A stretch of 63,829 nt of DNA, counting the filler, from Pirum gemmata (Eukaryota): the NCBI GenBank assembly GCA_002812295.1. It is 10 parts of 10 records of this genome, joined end to end, with 100 filler letters (N's around TTAATTAATTAA, not from the genome) between each part and the next. Parts side by side here need not be neighbours in the genome. Positions count along the whole stretch, not along the records: positions 45,094 to 51,396 come from PDIN01000287.1; positions 51,497 to 57,787 come from PDIN01000288.1; positions 57,888 to 63,829 come from PDIN01000320.1; 7 more parts are not named here. The stretch is one strand, 5' to 3'. Under the pieces are notes generated by a model, which saw only the letters and a list, made by a program, of their open reading frames with translations, was not told where the DNA came from and did no database searches. Shown piece by piece: positions 48,688 to 61,642 of the stretch (positions are counted from its first letter, which is position 1; each line of letters begins with the position of its first letter). The translations under genes were made by a program, and so were the position numbers.

Positions 48688-48875
48688 GCGCTTTTCATTT
48701 ATTTTGTCACTCCGAATATTTATTTGGTTGGTTATAATTTTTTAATTGACATTGTTAAATTAATAAATGGATAATAAAATATACCAAAATAATTAAATAG
48801 ATTTATATTGTATTAATTTGGTACTCTTTATTGTATATTTTATGATGACAAAACAACTGAAAGCACTGAAAGCAC
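48688..48875 (+). mobile_element. MITE family A
   Basis: Same TIRs and interior, with a small terminal duplication. Confidence 0.88.
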
Positions 48876-49695
48876 GATATACCGGGTAGTCTATATCGAT
48901 AATACCAGTATGATATCATAGACTATTATGATATTGTCTAATAATATGTATATGATAGCAGCCGAGCTCAATTAATTAACTGAGAATTAATTAAGGTCTC
49001 ATGAATAATTATCTGGCGACTCGATTATCATATATTTGAATATTTGATATAAATAGACCCCCTAGTTAATTCTAGACCATTTTTTTAAAAAAACTGAATG
49101 AATGGACCAAGATGAATGGGCTTTAAAGAGTACTTTGAAGTTTGAAGGTTCAAATAAACCATCAAAAGTAACTACAAACACTGATACAAAAATTATACAA
49201 AATACATAGTAAACCATGCTAGTAGTCTAGGTAAATCATGAGACCACCTAGCTTGATGAGACCACCACCAGGTAGTCTACTACTATCATACTATCGATAG
49301 TGCCTAGGACTCACGACAACTACTACTTACTAAAGTTACTATCATAGTATCATAGCTACTAGCTAGCTAGCTAGAAATCGATAGTAGACTCGGGGTAACT
49401 AGAGTCTAGCTAGAGAACAGTCTGAGAACTATCCGTAAAAAAAAAGAGACATCTGAAAAATATTTAATTTATTGGAATGCTAAGAGTAATATAATGCAAC
49501 ATTGCAATTTGCAAACTAATTTGCAGGTTATTTTTGGCTAAATTTCATAAATTGTTAGCCCACCACTTTTTTTTCGTTTTTTTTTTTTTTTTGTTTTTTT
49601 CCAATTTTTTTTTTAAAAAAAAAAAAAAAATTTAAAAAAATGAAAAAAAAAAAAAAGGAGAACATTTGAAACAATAGTAAAATTATTTTCAGATT

Positions 49696-51183
49696 CTATT
49701 CTACTAAATTCACAGAAAGTGAACTGAAATTGTTATTCCTACTAAAAGGTACAGGCCCTTCGTTTATATCCAAAAGAAAACTATTCATAAAATCTTCACT
49801 TCCTTGCATTTGTCTTTGCTGATGAAAGCCGCCTTGGGGTTGCTGCTGCTCCATTAAAGGCGGGTCTGATCGAGGAGTTAAAAACATTCTTGCTTCTTCA
49901 TGTTCAAGGTTATTTAAAAAGTTTCCTATAGTTGCATCTAATTGACTAACATCAAGGTTTGGTAGTGAGCGAGACCTAAGGTGACTGTTAGCAGGCGGAT
50001 GGGGTGGTGGTGGTGATAGACCTCCTGGACTGCTAACTACTGAATTAATATGTTGTTGCTGTTGTTGTTGTAGAAGCGGTGATTGTTGTATGTGAAGCTG
50101 TTGTTGCAGTTGTGGAGATGGCTGGCCATGGCTATGTCTATTCTTTTGTAAACTAGTTTGTTCATCAATTTGTTTAAATATACCTCGAAATTGATTGATT
50201 TGCTGATCATAAGCAGTTTGCTGGTGTTGTTGTAAATCTTGGCTTGGCATATTTTGTGACATATAGTATTGAAGTTCACTATTGCTTCTATTAAAATTTT
50301 TGGTACTTTGCGATGTGCTTAGACTTTGTGATTGTGAACTAAACGACACTGAATTAAGATCTGGTAAAGAGACAGGATTTCCTAAAAATGTTTGGTATTG
50401 TTGTTGCTGTTGTTGTGATTGTTGTGGTTGTTGTGGTTGTTGTGGTTGTTGTGGTTGTTGTGGTTGTTGGCGATGGTGGTTTTGTTGTTGCATTTGTTGC
50501 ATTTGTTGCATTTGTTGCATTTGTTGCATTTGTTGCATTTGTTGCATTTGTTGCAGTTGTTGTAGTTGTTGGGGGGTAGGGGATTGGTTTGAGTTTTGAG
50601 ATTGAATAACTGGCAAAGAATTCAACAACGAATCTTCACTAGTATTTAAACTATCATTCCGTGGTTTTTGAAAAGTAGATTCATCTATTTTGGAAAGAGA
50701 AGTCTTCTTTAATCTGCTTATAGAATTAGGACGAGACGCATATGGAATGCGCCGTGTATCAGCCGCGCCAACACTTTTATTTCTAGCTCTATTTATTGGT
50801 GGTGTGGTTTGAGTATTAAGTGGAGGAGATGGAGAAGGTAATGGTGAATTGACATCTGCCTCCTTATCTATGCCGTCAAGATATTCTTGCATTTTATCGA
50901 GGGTATCATTAACAGCTGCAAAATGAAGAGGAGCTGATTGGCTTCCCAAAGAACTGGATCGAAATTTATTTTTACGAATACTACCATTATGATTATTACT
51001 ATTATGATTTTTATGATTATTATTAGTATTATTATTATGTTTCAAAGAACCATTCAGCTTATTTATATTATCATTGGAACCCATAAAATTATCATTCGAT
51101 GTACCAAAATTCATACTAGTACTTTTACCGATCGTTATATTGTTATTATCCATTTCCATTGGGTTTGAAAACAACGTAAGGTT
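49696..51183 (-). CDS. Terminal exon of a Q/N/S-rich disordered protein (probable transcriptional or signalling regulator); 5' exons missing
   Basis: Long open frame with an in-frame acceptor AAAATAG|AAC at 51183. Contains poly-Q/QQM repeats, several RxxS motifs including HLRSRSLP, and an acidic-hydrophobic C-terminus. Confidence 0.82.
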   Translation of the reverse strand, partial: NLTLFSNPMEMDNNNITIGKSTSMNFGTSNDNFMGSNDNINKLNGSLKHNNNTNNNHKNHNSNNHNGSIRKNKFRSSSLGSQSAPLHFAAVNDTLDKMQEYLDGIDKEADVNSPLPSPSPPLNTQTTPPINRARNKSVGAADTRRIPYASRPNSISRLKKTSLSKIDESTFQKPRNDSLNTSEDSLLNSLPVIQSQNSNQSPTPQQLQQLQQMQQMQQMQQMQQMQQMQQMQQQNHHRQQPQQPQQPQQPQQPQQSQQQQQQYQTFLGNPVSLPDLNSVSFSSQSQSLSTSQSTKNFNRSNSELQYYMSQNMPSQDLQQHQQTAYDQQINQFRGIFKQIDEQTSLQKNRHSHGQPSPQLQQQLHIQQSPLLQQQQQQHINSVVSSPGGLSPPPPHPPANSHLRSRSLPNLDVSQLDATIGNFLNNLEHEEARMFLTPRSDPPLMEQQQPQGGFHQQRQMQGSEDFMNSFLLDINEGPVPFSRNNNFSSLSVNLVE

Positions 51184-51396
51184 CTATTTTTTATTTAAAA
51201 ATAAAAATATTAATTAAAAAAAATATTAAAAAAAATATTAAAAAAAAATATTAAAAAAATAATACAGAAGAACGATGAAAAATCAAATTTTCGCACAGAC
51301 TCCTTGTTTGACATTTAATTTATAAACAATTTAATATATACCAATATCAATATCGATATCAATATCAATATTAATAACGATAACAATAACAATAAT

Positions 51397-51496
51397 NNNN
51401 NNNNNNNNNNNNNNNNNNNNNNNNNNNNNNNNNNNNNNNNTTAATTAATTAANNNNNNNNNNNNNNNNNNNNNNNNNNNNNNNNNNNNNNNNNNNN
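51397..51496. other. Artificial scaffold linker
   Basis: 44N-TTAATTAATTAA-44N. Confidence 0.97.
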
Positions 51497-51652
51497 ACTA
51501 ATAATACTAATAATACTAATAATACTAATAATAAGGATAATAATGATAATGGTAATGGCATTATGCTATAATGATAATGATATTGATCATTGGCTGATAA
51601 TAATGATGACAATAACAAACGACAGATAAAATAATTTCAAAAATAAACATAC

Positions 51653-53901
51653 TCTAACTGAATTTTTCTTAACCGCCTTCGCTCCATTTTCTGAGCAGGA
51701 GTTGATTTTGGAAGCGCGTCGTATAACCGAGAAAGCTCTAGTTCTTCTTCGTCCCCTTCCCCCCCATAATTGATAGAGTTGTTAATGACAAAATTACTTT
51801 TTAACCTATCAGCTTCTTTCTTTGATTTTGAACCAGTTGCAGCATAAGGTGATGTGGGGTTGTCCGTGGAAGGGGTTTTAGTATCATTTTTGGGGTTGGG
51901 TTTCGGTTTCGGTTTCGGCCTCGGTTTCGGTTTGGGGTTTATCTTTACTATAGTTGTTATTTTTGTTGGTTCTTCTGGTGGTGTTGTTATTTGATTTCCA
52001 ATCTCTTCTACTTTATTCCTTGATGAATGTACGGATTTTTTCTCAGTCAGTGTTGAATCCAAGTCGCTTGGCTTAGGAATTGGTGATAATGATTCCGACG
52101 GATATGCAATGGAGGTTGGTTTAATTATTTCCGTTTCTTGTGAAACGATCGGTATTATTGCTGTAGGTGTTGCTGGTTTTGTCATTTTATCAGTATCAGT
52201 TGTTTGTCCAGTTGTTTTTGGCTTTGCTTCTGTTTTCAATTTTATTGTTGTTTCCGACTTTACTGGTGCTTTAGCCTTTGCTTCTGCTTTCAATTTTATT
52301 GTTGTTTCCGGCTTTACTGGTGCTTTAGCCTTTGCTGCTGTGACTCGCTTTGTAATTACTGCTTTCCCCTTATTTACAACTATATTTTCTTGCATTTTGG
52401 CTGATGTTGGTAATGGCACTCTTGGTGGTGACGATGATGATGGTAATTTTTGTTTTGTGACTGAGTTTCCGTTGGTTGAAGCCGATTTCGCGGCTGGTTT
52501 CGGACTTGAAGATTTGGTTTGCGTGAGCGAACTAGAACTTGAGTGCATTGAAGATTGCTTGGTACTTGACTTAAGTTCATCAATACTTTTTATTCTACTT
52601 CTCCTTCGTGTGATTCTTGGCTCCAAGGTTGGTTCCTCGAATATATAACCTGTAACTGAGCGTTTGTGTGGCGCTACTACTGTCGTTTTAGCTGTTACTG
52701 GTATTGCTGATGGTATTGTTGATAGTATTGGTGTTGCCATTTCTGTTATTTCTGTTTTTGGTTTTGGTTTTGTTTTCTCTTTAGTGGACGTTATTGCATT
52801 TGTTGTTGTTTTGGTTACTGTGGATGTTGTTGGAGTTTTCTTCGCTGATATAGTCTTTATTGGTATTATTTCTGCCGATGGTGATCTTGTCATTATTGGT
52901 ATTATTTCTGCTGATGGTGATCTTGTCGTTATTGGTATTATTTCTGCTGATGGTGATCGTGTCGTTGTTGTTGCTTTGATTGCATTTGTGGTTGTTGAGA
53001 ATACATTGGATTGTGTGTATTTTCCGTTGGCAGATTTCGGTGGTTTCGTTAACGATGGCACACTACCAGAATCAATTGCTTGCTTTCTTTCTATTGTCGA
53101 AAGAGTTCCAGAAATTTTGCTTCTTTTATGTTTAGGTTCTATTTTTTCCAATTCATCACTCTCACTCTTATGATCCTGTTTTTGTTGAGAGACGGGTGTG
53201 GTTGAAGTTTTGGAAGCTAAAATTTCGGTTGAGTTAGAGCTTTTCAACGCAACTAGGCTGTTTACTTCGACAGTACCACTAAATTCACCAGAAGTTGTAA
53301 AGCCACACTCTACATGAACAGCATTTTTTGCAATTTCTTTACTATTTAATAATTTACTCTTATTTTCACTCTTACTGTTTACATTTTTCAAAAATAATCT
53401 GATATCACCGCTTCCTCGTCTTTCGTTTTTAGTTTTCTTTTTCTTTTGTATAGTTGTTTTATTTGTTAAGGCATTGTTTTTATTTTTATCTTTCAAACTA
53501 GATGTAGCACGTTCTCTTATTTTCTTCGTTCTTTCATTAATAATCTTACTGCTATTATTTTTCTTGAGGGTTGTGCTGTTACTGTTACTATTCTCATTAT
53601 TACTATTAAAATCCCCATTCATATCGTTGATGGTATTGTTATTATTGTTGATAATATTACTCTTATTGGAAGAATAGAAAAGGATACTACTTGTTGTGTC
53701 GTTTTTAGATTTGATATTTAAATTTTCTGTCACTTTACCTGTCTCGCTTTTTTCTTTTATGCCGTTAATACCATTGTTTACGGGTATGGTATTTATCTTG
53801 CGTTTTCGAGCGTGGCTTCTCAAAAATATTTTTTGTTCTGCATGCTCTTGTTTTTGTTCTTGTTGCTTTTCGTGTTGCTTTTCCATTTTCAAAATTTTCA
53901 T
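51653..53901 (-). CDS. First exon of a large K/T/S/P-rich, probably nuclear protein; 3' part beyond the scaffold end
   Basis: ~750-codon open frame with basic clusters (RKRK, RRRSR), repeats TRSPSAEIIPI x3 and KAKAPVK.ETTIKLK x2. Donor GTATGT at 51652-51647. Confidence 0.8.
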
Positions 53902-54384
53902 TCAAGAAAAACATCAACTGTGCATCTTTTATTTCTTAGTTTGTTTTTAATCTATATTATATCAATACTTCAAACATGACGCTGAGATTTTTTATAAAAC
54001 CATAATAAAAATTTAGAAAACAAATTTTAATAATAATACGAAAGGGTTCAGTAGTATCAATATTAAAAAGTCCTTGTAGCATACTGATTCACGTATATAG
54101 ACTGTAGCCCCCAAATCCTAACCTCCCTTGGTACCTAAAAAAACACTGGACTACGTTTACAAAGTGTTTACAAGTTCGCAAAATAGTCTTCAGAAATTAT
54201 AAAAAAAGTCAACAGTAGTGCACTGGTTGTGCTCATCCATCCTGGTAGCAGTAGGTAGAGGTCCGTGTCCTCAGTCTTATCAACCCGATAGCTACTAGCT
54301 AGCTAGAGCAAGTGTCTGAGTCTGACTGGTAGACTAGCTAGCTAGGGTAGACTAGGGTAGACTAGTCTAATGGAATTATATTTA

Positions 54385-54497
54385 TAGTAAAACTATTAGA
54401 CATTTTTTAATTAAATTGGTATGTCATAATTAATGTTTTTTTTTATAAACAAGTCCAATTACACTATTAAACAGTACCAAATAAAGATTGAGAGGGG
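54385..54497 (-). mobile_element. MITE family B, partial
   Basis: TTTATAAACAAGTCCAATT...AACAGTACCAAATAAAGATTGAGAGG. Confidence 0.7.
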
Positions 54498-54919
54498 AGG
54501 AAAAACAGAATTATTAGACTACTCAGAATTATTACTAGCTAGCTAGACTGGTCTACATACATACAAGTTAGAACTCGAACTACCCTGTTGACTACCCTGG
54601 TAGAGCCTGGTAGACCTCTAGCTAGCTAGAGCTAGCTAGCCTGGTAAAACTAGCTAGCTATCATATCATAGCTAGATCGTAAAGTGTAGCGAGCTAGACT
54701 AGATCTCTAGCTACTAGCTACTAGTAGCTAGCTAGCTAGAGTAGGCAGCTGAAGTTTTTCGCACATCGTACCTCCCAAGTGTACCTCTGATATTTTAAAT
54801 ATGAGATATCGGATACTATGATATTATATAATTGATAATATAGCATATATCAGATTATACCCATATGCCTGGACTCTGGAGCAGCCCAAAATACGTAGAC
54901 GGGGTTTATAAATAAATAT

Positions 54920-55200
54920 ATATATTGTGAGATTTTGATTGTAGTTTTGATGTGATTGGTTTGTGAGGAAATCTGAGGAAACTACTCTAGCAAGATTTGC
55001 AGCCCATCATTTGCTTAGGCAAGATTTGTTGTGAATGTTATTTGTGTTGCATGTGAACATTGTGAAGATGTTCTGAAATTTTTTAATAAGGTTGGCGTTT
55101 TGCCTCCTTTGTTTTTGGGTGTTTTGATATTGTCTTGTGTAAATTAGTTGTTGGTAAAAAAGGTTGTGATTTTTTGTTGTAATTTTTATAAAATTTAATA
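54920..55200 (-). mobile_element. LINE internal fragment
   Basis: The reverse complement matches 36040-36205 (AAGACAATATCAAA.CACCCAAAAACAAAGGAGG...GCCAACCTTATTAAAAAAT). Confidence 0.75.
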
Positions 55201-55992
55201 CTAATAATTGTTTTACTGCTGTTTTAGTTTTACTTTTGTTTGATGCGTCTAGAATTTTACTTTAGTTTTTATGTATGTTTTAAATAACAGACATTGTATA
55301 TATAGTTTTTACTTTTGTTTTGATGTCTGGCCATTGAATCGCCATGTCAAAAAAAGGGACAATCATTTTAAAATTTTCTATAAGATTGACATGTTAGTTT
55401 TTGTTTTTTGTTGTTCTTTTTGTTTTTGTTTTAAGTGGGCTTTTAAGGTTTTGTTCTTGTTTTTTGTTTTTTAGCTTTGGTTTATATAATTATATTTTTT
55501 GTTTTATTTGTTATGTTTCGTGTGGAGTTGTTCCGAATGATGCTAGTTACGAACATGTTCATAGAAGGACAAAAAAATGCCAAATTTTAGAAAAATCATA
55601 AGATAAAAAAAATTGAACATTGTTTTTTAATATTTATTGCATGAAATATTTGTCTACTACTATAGTGTTAAAAATTAACGAAAGAGACTGATATAATTTC
55701 GTACGCTATTTTCAGGTTAAGCAAGAATAAATTCACCCATAATACCATATTAAAGTACTCCGAAAAAAACAAAAAATAAAATAATAAAAATTTAAAAAAC
55801 AAAAAAAAACAACATAAATCCCAAAACCAACAATATAAGAAAGAGGACCGGAGAATTGCTATATATTCGCTAAAATGTACCTGGGTTATTTTCATTTTCC
55901 TTGTATTTTTTTAAAAAAAAATAGAACAAACAAACAAACAAACAAAGGTTTTTTTAACAAATTTGGGCTTTCCTATTTAACTTGGGTTATTT

Positions 55993-56037
<45 letters not shown>

Positions 56038-56114
56038 ATAAAACAAACAAATAGGTTTTTTTAACTGATTTGGGTTTTCCTATTTATAACTTAAATATTC
56101 TGTATTTCAGGCAT

Positions 56115-57287
56115 TTATTTAGTGCAAACAGTTTCTAAAACAATCGCGGTAACAAGGTATGGGTCACAGTTGGAAGCTGGGCGACGATCTTCAAGATAAC
56201 CTTTTCCATCAATACTAACTTGACGTGGGATACGAATAGAAGACCCACGATGAGCAACACCAAAACTGAATTCATCAATTCTACCAGTTTCGTGAGCACC
56301 AGTCAAACGACGTTCATTTCCTGTTAACAAAAAATATAATTAATAAAACCATCGATCAATGCAGACCATTTAAGTATTTTAATTAAAACTAAATAACAAA
56401 CTTAATTAAATAATAATAATAATAATACAAGCAAAAATTCCTTAAATATACATTTAATATATAAATAATTCAAAAATTACCTGTTCCGTAAACTGCAATA
56501 TGTCTTTGGTGGTTCATTTCAAACCTCTTCATGCTGTCCATGATAACATCTAATCCACCATCTTGTCTCATACTCTCAGTAGAAAAGTTAGTATGACAAC
56601 CAGCACCGTTCCAATCACCAGGAATAGGTTTAGGATCGAACGAACAGATAACATTGTAATCTTCACAGACTCTGTGCATAATAAATCTAGACATCCACAA
56701 ATCATCACCCATCTTAATACCTAAGCATGGTCCGACTTGGTATTCCCATTGTCCAGGCATAACTTCAGCATTTGTACCACCAATCTTAACACCAGCGTAC
56801 AAACAAGCACGGTAGTGGGCTTCTACAACATCTCTTCCGAAAACTTTATCAGTACCAACACCACAATAATAAGGTCCTTGTGGTCCTGGGTAACCTCCCC
56901 TTGGCCAACCAAGAGGAGTAATACCATCAGAGGCAAATAATGTATATTCTTGTTCAATGCCGTACCATGGTAACTCGGAACTAAATTTCTCTTGAATAAC
57001 ATTACAGTCAAAACGATTGTTAGTGGCATGAGGTGTTTCGTCAGGGTTTAAAGTTTCACATAAAACCAAAATATTATCTCCGCGTCTGAACGGATCTTTG
57101 TAAATAGCAACTGGGCGAATTAAAACATCACTGTCAGAACCTTCCGCTTGTCCTGTAGAAGAACCATCGAAATTCCAAATAGGAAGCTCAGAAGGATCAG
57201 TTGGTAATTTGTCCAAAGTACGAGTTTTTACACGAACATTTTCCATTGAACCATCAATCCAAATATACATAGCTTGGACTTTCGGTC
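56115..57287 (-). CDS. GLN1: Glutamine synthetase type II; exons 57287-56481 and 56320-56115, first exon missing
   Basis: [79 protein letters not shown] intron 56480-56321 restores the frame. Upstream acceptor TAG at 57290-57288. Confidence 0.97.
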
Positions 57288-57787
57288 CTACAAATAATAA
57301 TAGCAATAATGTGATAATAATAACAATAATTTATATTTAGTCAAAACAAACACAATAACAACAACCAAAAAAAATGGCATGAACATATCACAATACAAGC
57401 GAAAATATGATTGTAATTAAATAAACGATAAAATGATAAAAAGCAATGCAATAATAAATAAAACTAAATTAAATTAAATTAAATTAAATTAAATCAAATT
57501 AAATTAAATTAAAATTAAATTAAATTAAATTAAATTAAATATCAAATCAAAATTGAATAAAAATAAATCAAAATTGAATAAAAATTGAATAAAAAATAAA
57601 ATTAAACAAAAATTTAAAAATAAAAATAAATAAAAATCAAACAAAAATCAAACAAAAATTAAATAACAATTAAATAACAATTAAATAAAGATTAAATTAA
57701 ATAAAAATTAAATAAAAACAAAAAAAAAATTAAATTAAATTAAATTATAAATTAAACTATAAATTAAACTATATTAAATAAAAATTA

Positions 57788-57887
57788 NNNNNNNNNNNNN
57801 NNNNNNNNNNNNNNNNNNNNNNNNNNNNNNNTTAATTAATTAANNNNNNNNNNNNNNNNNNNNNNNNNNNNNNNNNNNNNNNNNNNN
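57788..57887. other. Artificial scaffold linker
   Basis: 44N-TTAATTAATTAA-44N. Confidence 0.97.
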
Positions 57888-58008
57888 ACTTACCTACCTC
57901 TTGACGTGTCGTATTATTTGAACGACTATCGTAGCTACTAAGCTATCATTTATCATAGCATCATACAACACAAAAATAATCGATATTTATTTTTTTTATT
58001 TCGATAAA

Positions 58009-58140
58009 TATCGAAAAAATGTCGATATTGACTTTCAAATATTCGATATTTATCGAAAAAATATCGATATTGACTTTCAAATATTCGATATTTATCGAGA
58101 AAATATCGATATTGACTTTCAAATATTCGATATTTATCAA
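58009..58140. repeat. 42-bp tandem repeat x3 in a TATCGATA-rich tract (resembles DNA-transposon subterminal DNA)
   Basis: TCGATATTGACTTTCAAATATTCGATATTTATC repeated three times. Confidence 0.85.
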
Positions 58141-58213
58141 TAAACTATCGATGTTAACTAATTTATATATTACCGATACATTCGATATTAATATCGATTA
58201 GACTATAGATATC

Positions 58214-58379
58214 GTGCTTTTCATTTATTTTGTCATTCTGAATATTTATTTGGTTGTTTATAATATTTAAACTGATACTTTTAAATAAATGAATATATAA
58301 TAAAATATACCAAATTTAATAAAATGGATTTATATTGTATTAATTTGGTACTATTTATTGCATATTTTATGAAAAGCAC
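58214..58379 (+). mobile_element. MITE family A
   Basis: TATC-GTGCTTTTCA ... TGAAAAGCAC-TATA. Confidence 0.88.
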
Positions 58380-58714
58380 TATAGATAATAGTACTGTATC
58401 ACTATAGACCTCTACTAGTAGCTAGGCTAAGCTAGCTATAGACCTAGATAGACCAGACCTACTACTAGCACTACAGAAACTACTAATAATGATACAGACT
58501 ATAGTATCATTCATAGTATCACAGGGAATTTGACAGGAACTTGACTGAGCACTTCATTCGTCGATACAGTATACTGCCATTTATGGCAAGATTTTTCTAA
58601 TCTTTTTTTTTTTGGGGGGTTGGGTTTTGGTGGGTTTAGAACTTTAGAGACTGTTTAGAGACTTAGAGTCGGACTTTAGAGTCTAGAGTCCGACTCTAGA
58701 CTGTAGAATTATTC

Positions 58715-58757
<43 letters not shown>

Positions 58758-59065
58758 GTAGACTAGAAATCATTTTTTTTGGACTTCTTTTCTAAAAACC
58801 TTTAAAATGCTATAACTAGCCAAATTATGTTTAAAAAACTAGTTATTGGTTCATAATAGAGTTTTTTTACTTAGATTATTTCTCAACATTTGGTAGTACT
58901 TTTATTAAAATTGGATCATTTTGTGAATTTTGGATTTTTGAGCTCATATGGTGGATGTCGCCATTTGTTTTTAGATAGAACGCCTTTTTAAAAAAAAACA
59001 AAAAAAAATATATTATCATAAAATATATAAATATTTAGAAAACCAAAAAATAAAAACAGTATCAT

Positions 59066-59256
59066 CGCCTTTCATTTATTTTGTCACTATTTTGTCACTC
59101 TGAATATTTATTTGGTTGGTTGTAATATTTAAGTTGACATTTTTAAATGAATAAATAGATAATAAAATATACCAAATTAAATGAAATGGATTTATATAGT
59201 ATTAATTTGGTACTCTTTATTGTACACTTTATGATGACAAAACAACTGAAAAGCAC
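59066..59256 (+). mobile_element. MITE family A
   Basis: Family A interior and right TIR TGACAAAACAACTGAAAAGCAC-GATA. Confidence 0.88.
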
Positions 59257-59312
59257 GATAGTATTATGTAATAAAAACTATGATGATTTACCCTGGTACT
59301 GTCTCCTATAAA

Positions 59313-59649
59313 AGGAATCATCCAGAAAGGACGTCACCTAATCTTAGGGAACGTTCAAATATTACGTAACGCCAATTGCTGGTCAAATACAGCTTTAAAT
59401 ACCCCCTACCTACCTACCCCTCGACGTTAATTTCCTGTCAAATACCACCTAACTACCTACCCCTTGACGTGACGTATTATTTGAACGATCCCTTACCTAT
59501 CCCTCTTTGCCCAAAACACTTTTGGTCATAATTCTAAAGTTCATTTTAATAATTAATTACTGCCTAAAACAGTTTAAGTCACACTTTCGAGCAATAACTT
59601 CTATCAAAGAATAAGTAACGTCCTTTATAATATTATTATGAATGTTCCT
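59313..59649 (-). mobile_element. MITE family D interrupted by family C
   Basis: Reverse complement of 46713-46897 plus a 146-bp insert. Confidence 0.88.
59347..59492 (+). mobile_element. PIF/Harbinger MITE family C with TTA TSD
   Basis: TTA|GGGAACGTTCAAAT ... ATTTGAACGATCCC|TTA. Confidence 0.93.
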
Positions 59650-60642
59650 TAGCTAGTATGAGCGTATATGATAGACATTTGATAAACTACTTGAGTCTTG
59701 ATAGACTGGGAGGCGGTGGGAGCGGTGGGAGCCCTCTGAGACTGGGATAAAAAACAGCCTTCTTGAAAAAAGTTCAAAAAACCACTAAAAAACCTATCAG
59801 TATTTTTGATCTGTGTTTCTATATTTTGGGGAAATTTGGACTTTTTTATATAGATATCAGACTGTCTACTATGTGACTATGTGAATGTGATAATGTGACT
59901 ATGTCATGTCTGGACTCTCAGTCCGACTCTGGAGTCTGGACTCTGCAGTGTCAGACTAGTTGACTCTGGTTGGCTGTTACTTTTTAAAAATTGTGCGGTT
60001 ATGAATCTTATGATATGATTATAGGGGAATTATTTCGATAGTCTTCCCTAAATGGGGTTGACGACGCTTGGCGACGTTGGTGTTACCCTGGGCCACTGGT
60101 GTGGTGACTAGTAGTGCCACTAAATTTTAACCCTGCACATCCTCCCTAAAGTTACCTGAACATCTCCCTTTATCGATAGAACCCTAACCCTAGGGGCTAG
60201 CTAGACTAACCCTAGCTAGCTAGTAGACCTAGTAGTAGACCTAACCCTAACACCTTTTAAAACGTTTTTATACGATACTGGTTAGCTAGCATTTTTGTAA
60301 CCCTAACAACCCCTGACAATATAGTAACAGCACAATAACCAACAGCCCTTACCCCTACGCCTACGCGGCTACGCCTAACCCACTCCCTAACAGCTCCCTA
60401 ACACACGTCACCTCCGTAAAACAACTCCAACACACCTAGGCCTAAACTGCCACAAACCATAACAACCCTAAAACCCTAACCCTAACTCTAACTCTAGATC
60501 TAACTCTAACCCTAACTATATATTATGTAGCTAACTAGTTTAGTACTAGTCTAGCTAGTTAGAATCAGCTATCAAATAGAGCTTCAGATAGACTTTTTAG
60601 CTTAGTAATTAATACTACCGGGTATATCTGATAGTTATCTGA

Positions 60643-60829
60643 TATCGTGTTTTTCAATAGCGTTGTCTAGTTCAAAACTGAAATAAACGTACCAAATTAT
60701 TATTATGGTTAAACTATCAGACATGTTTTAATTAATTTGGTATTTTATACTTAATGTTGTATTTTATAAACAAGTTCAATTATACACTTAAACACTGGCC
60801 AACAACTAACTGTAATGAAATAAACGATA
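60643..60829 (-). mobile_element. MITE family B, both termini present
   Basis: TATCGTGTTTTTCA ... TGAAATAAACGATA. Confidence 0.88.
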
Positions 60830-61162
60830 CTAGTTTATTCTAAACATTATCTAATTTATCTTAAAAAACCATCAAAACCATGAAAACGTGAAAAAAAAAC
60901 TTTTGATCAAATTGATGGAAAATTAAAAAAAATTGAAATAATTTTTATTATCATAACCTAGAGATATTATAACAAAATTGCAATGTATTTTTATTGCGAA
61001 CTTGTAATGTTTTCCATATCTACTATGAGTAAAATAAACTGCTGCAAATATAAATAAAAAAAAATATCAGAATCAAAAATCGAAAACCAAAAGTCAAAAA
61101 CTAAAAAAAAATAATAATATAACCAAAAATAAAAAAACATAACAAAACATTTTTTACTAACC

Positions 61163-61642
61163 ATGGTTTTCACTATAAGAAATGTTATCCTTTGTACTGG
61201 AACTATAGTAACATTAAATTTTGTGTCTTCCAGTCCAGTTTCGAATTCTGCAAATAATAATAATAATAATAATAACAATAACAATAACGTTAGTTTAGTA
61301 AACTGTATTCCCGAAACAGAATGTTATACTCTACCATTTTCCAATTATAAATTATATTGCTGGGAAACTGATGATGAGTGTGATAGATTTGAACCTAAGT
61401 TTATCCAAAGTCCAGCAACTTCGGCAGAATTAAACACATCCGAAACAGAAACCACAACGGAATCTACTTACGAAACCCAGACCCCAACGGAATCTACTTA
61501 CGAAACCGAGACCCCAACGGAATCCACATACGAAACCGAGACCACAACGGAATCAACTTACGAAACAGAAACCACAACAGAGTTCACTTACGAAACGGAG
61601 ACCACAACAGAATCCACACAAAAAACAACAATGGTGTTTTAA
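61163..61642 (+). CDS. Small secreted protein with Cys motif and 10-aa (T/P)TESTYETET repeats
   Basis: Signal-like N-terminus, a 4-Cys segment, and six 30-bp repeats with synonymous variation at ~61441-61620. Confidence 0.72.
   Translation: MVFTIRNVILCTGTIVTLNFVSSSPVSNSANNNNNNNNNNNNVSLVNCIPETECYTLPFSNYKLYCWETDDECDRFEPKFIQSPATSAELNTSETETTTESTYETQTPTESTYETETPTESTYETETTTESTYETETTTEFTYETETTTESTQKTTMVF

Noticed and set aside
52109..53173. Plus-strand 179-aa and 169-aa ORFs
   Set aside because: Antisense shadows of the long minus-strand exon.
49696..53901. One gene joining the 754-aa and 492-aa ORFs across an intron
   Set aside because: An artificial linker separates them, so adjacency is not evidence. 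The donor is also phase 2 and the nearest acceptor phase 0.
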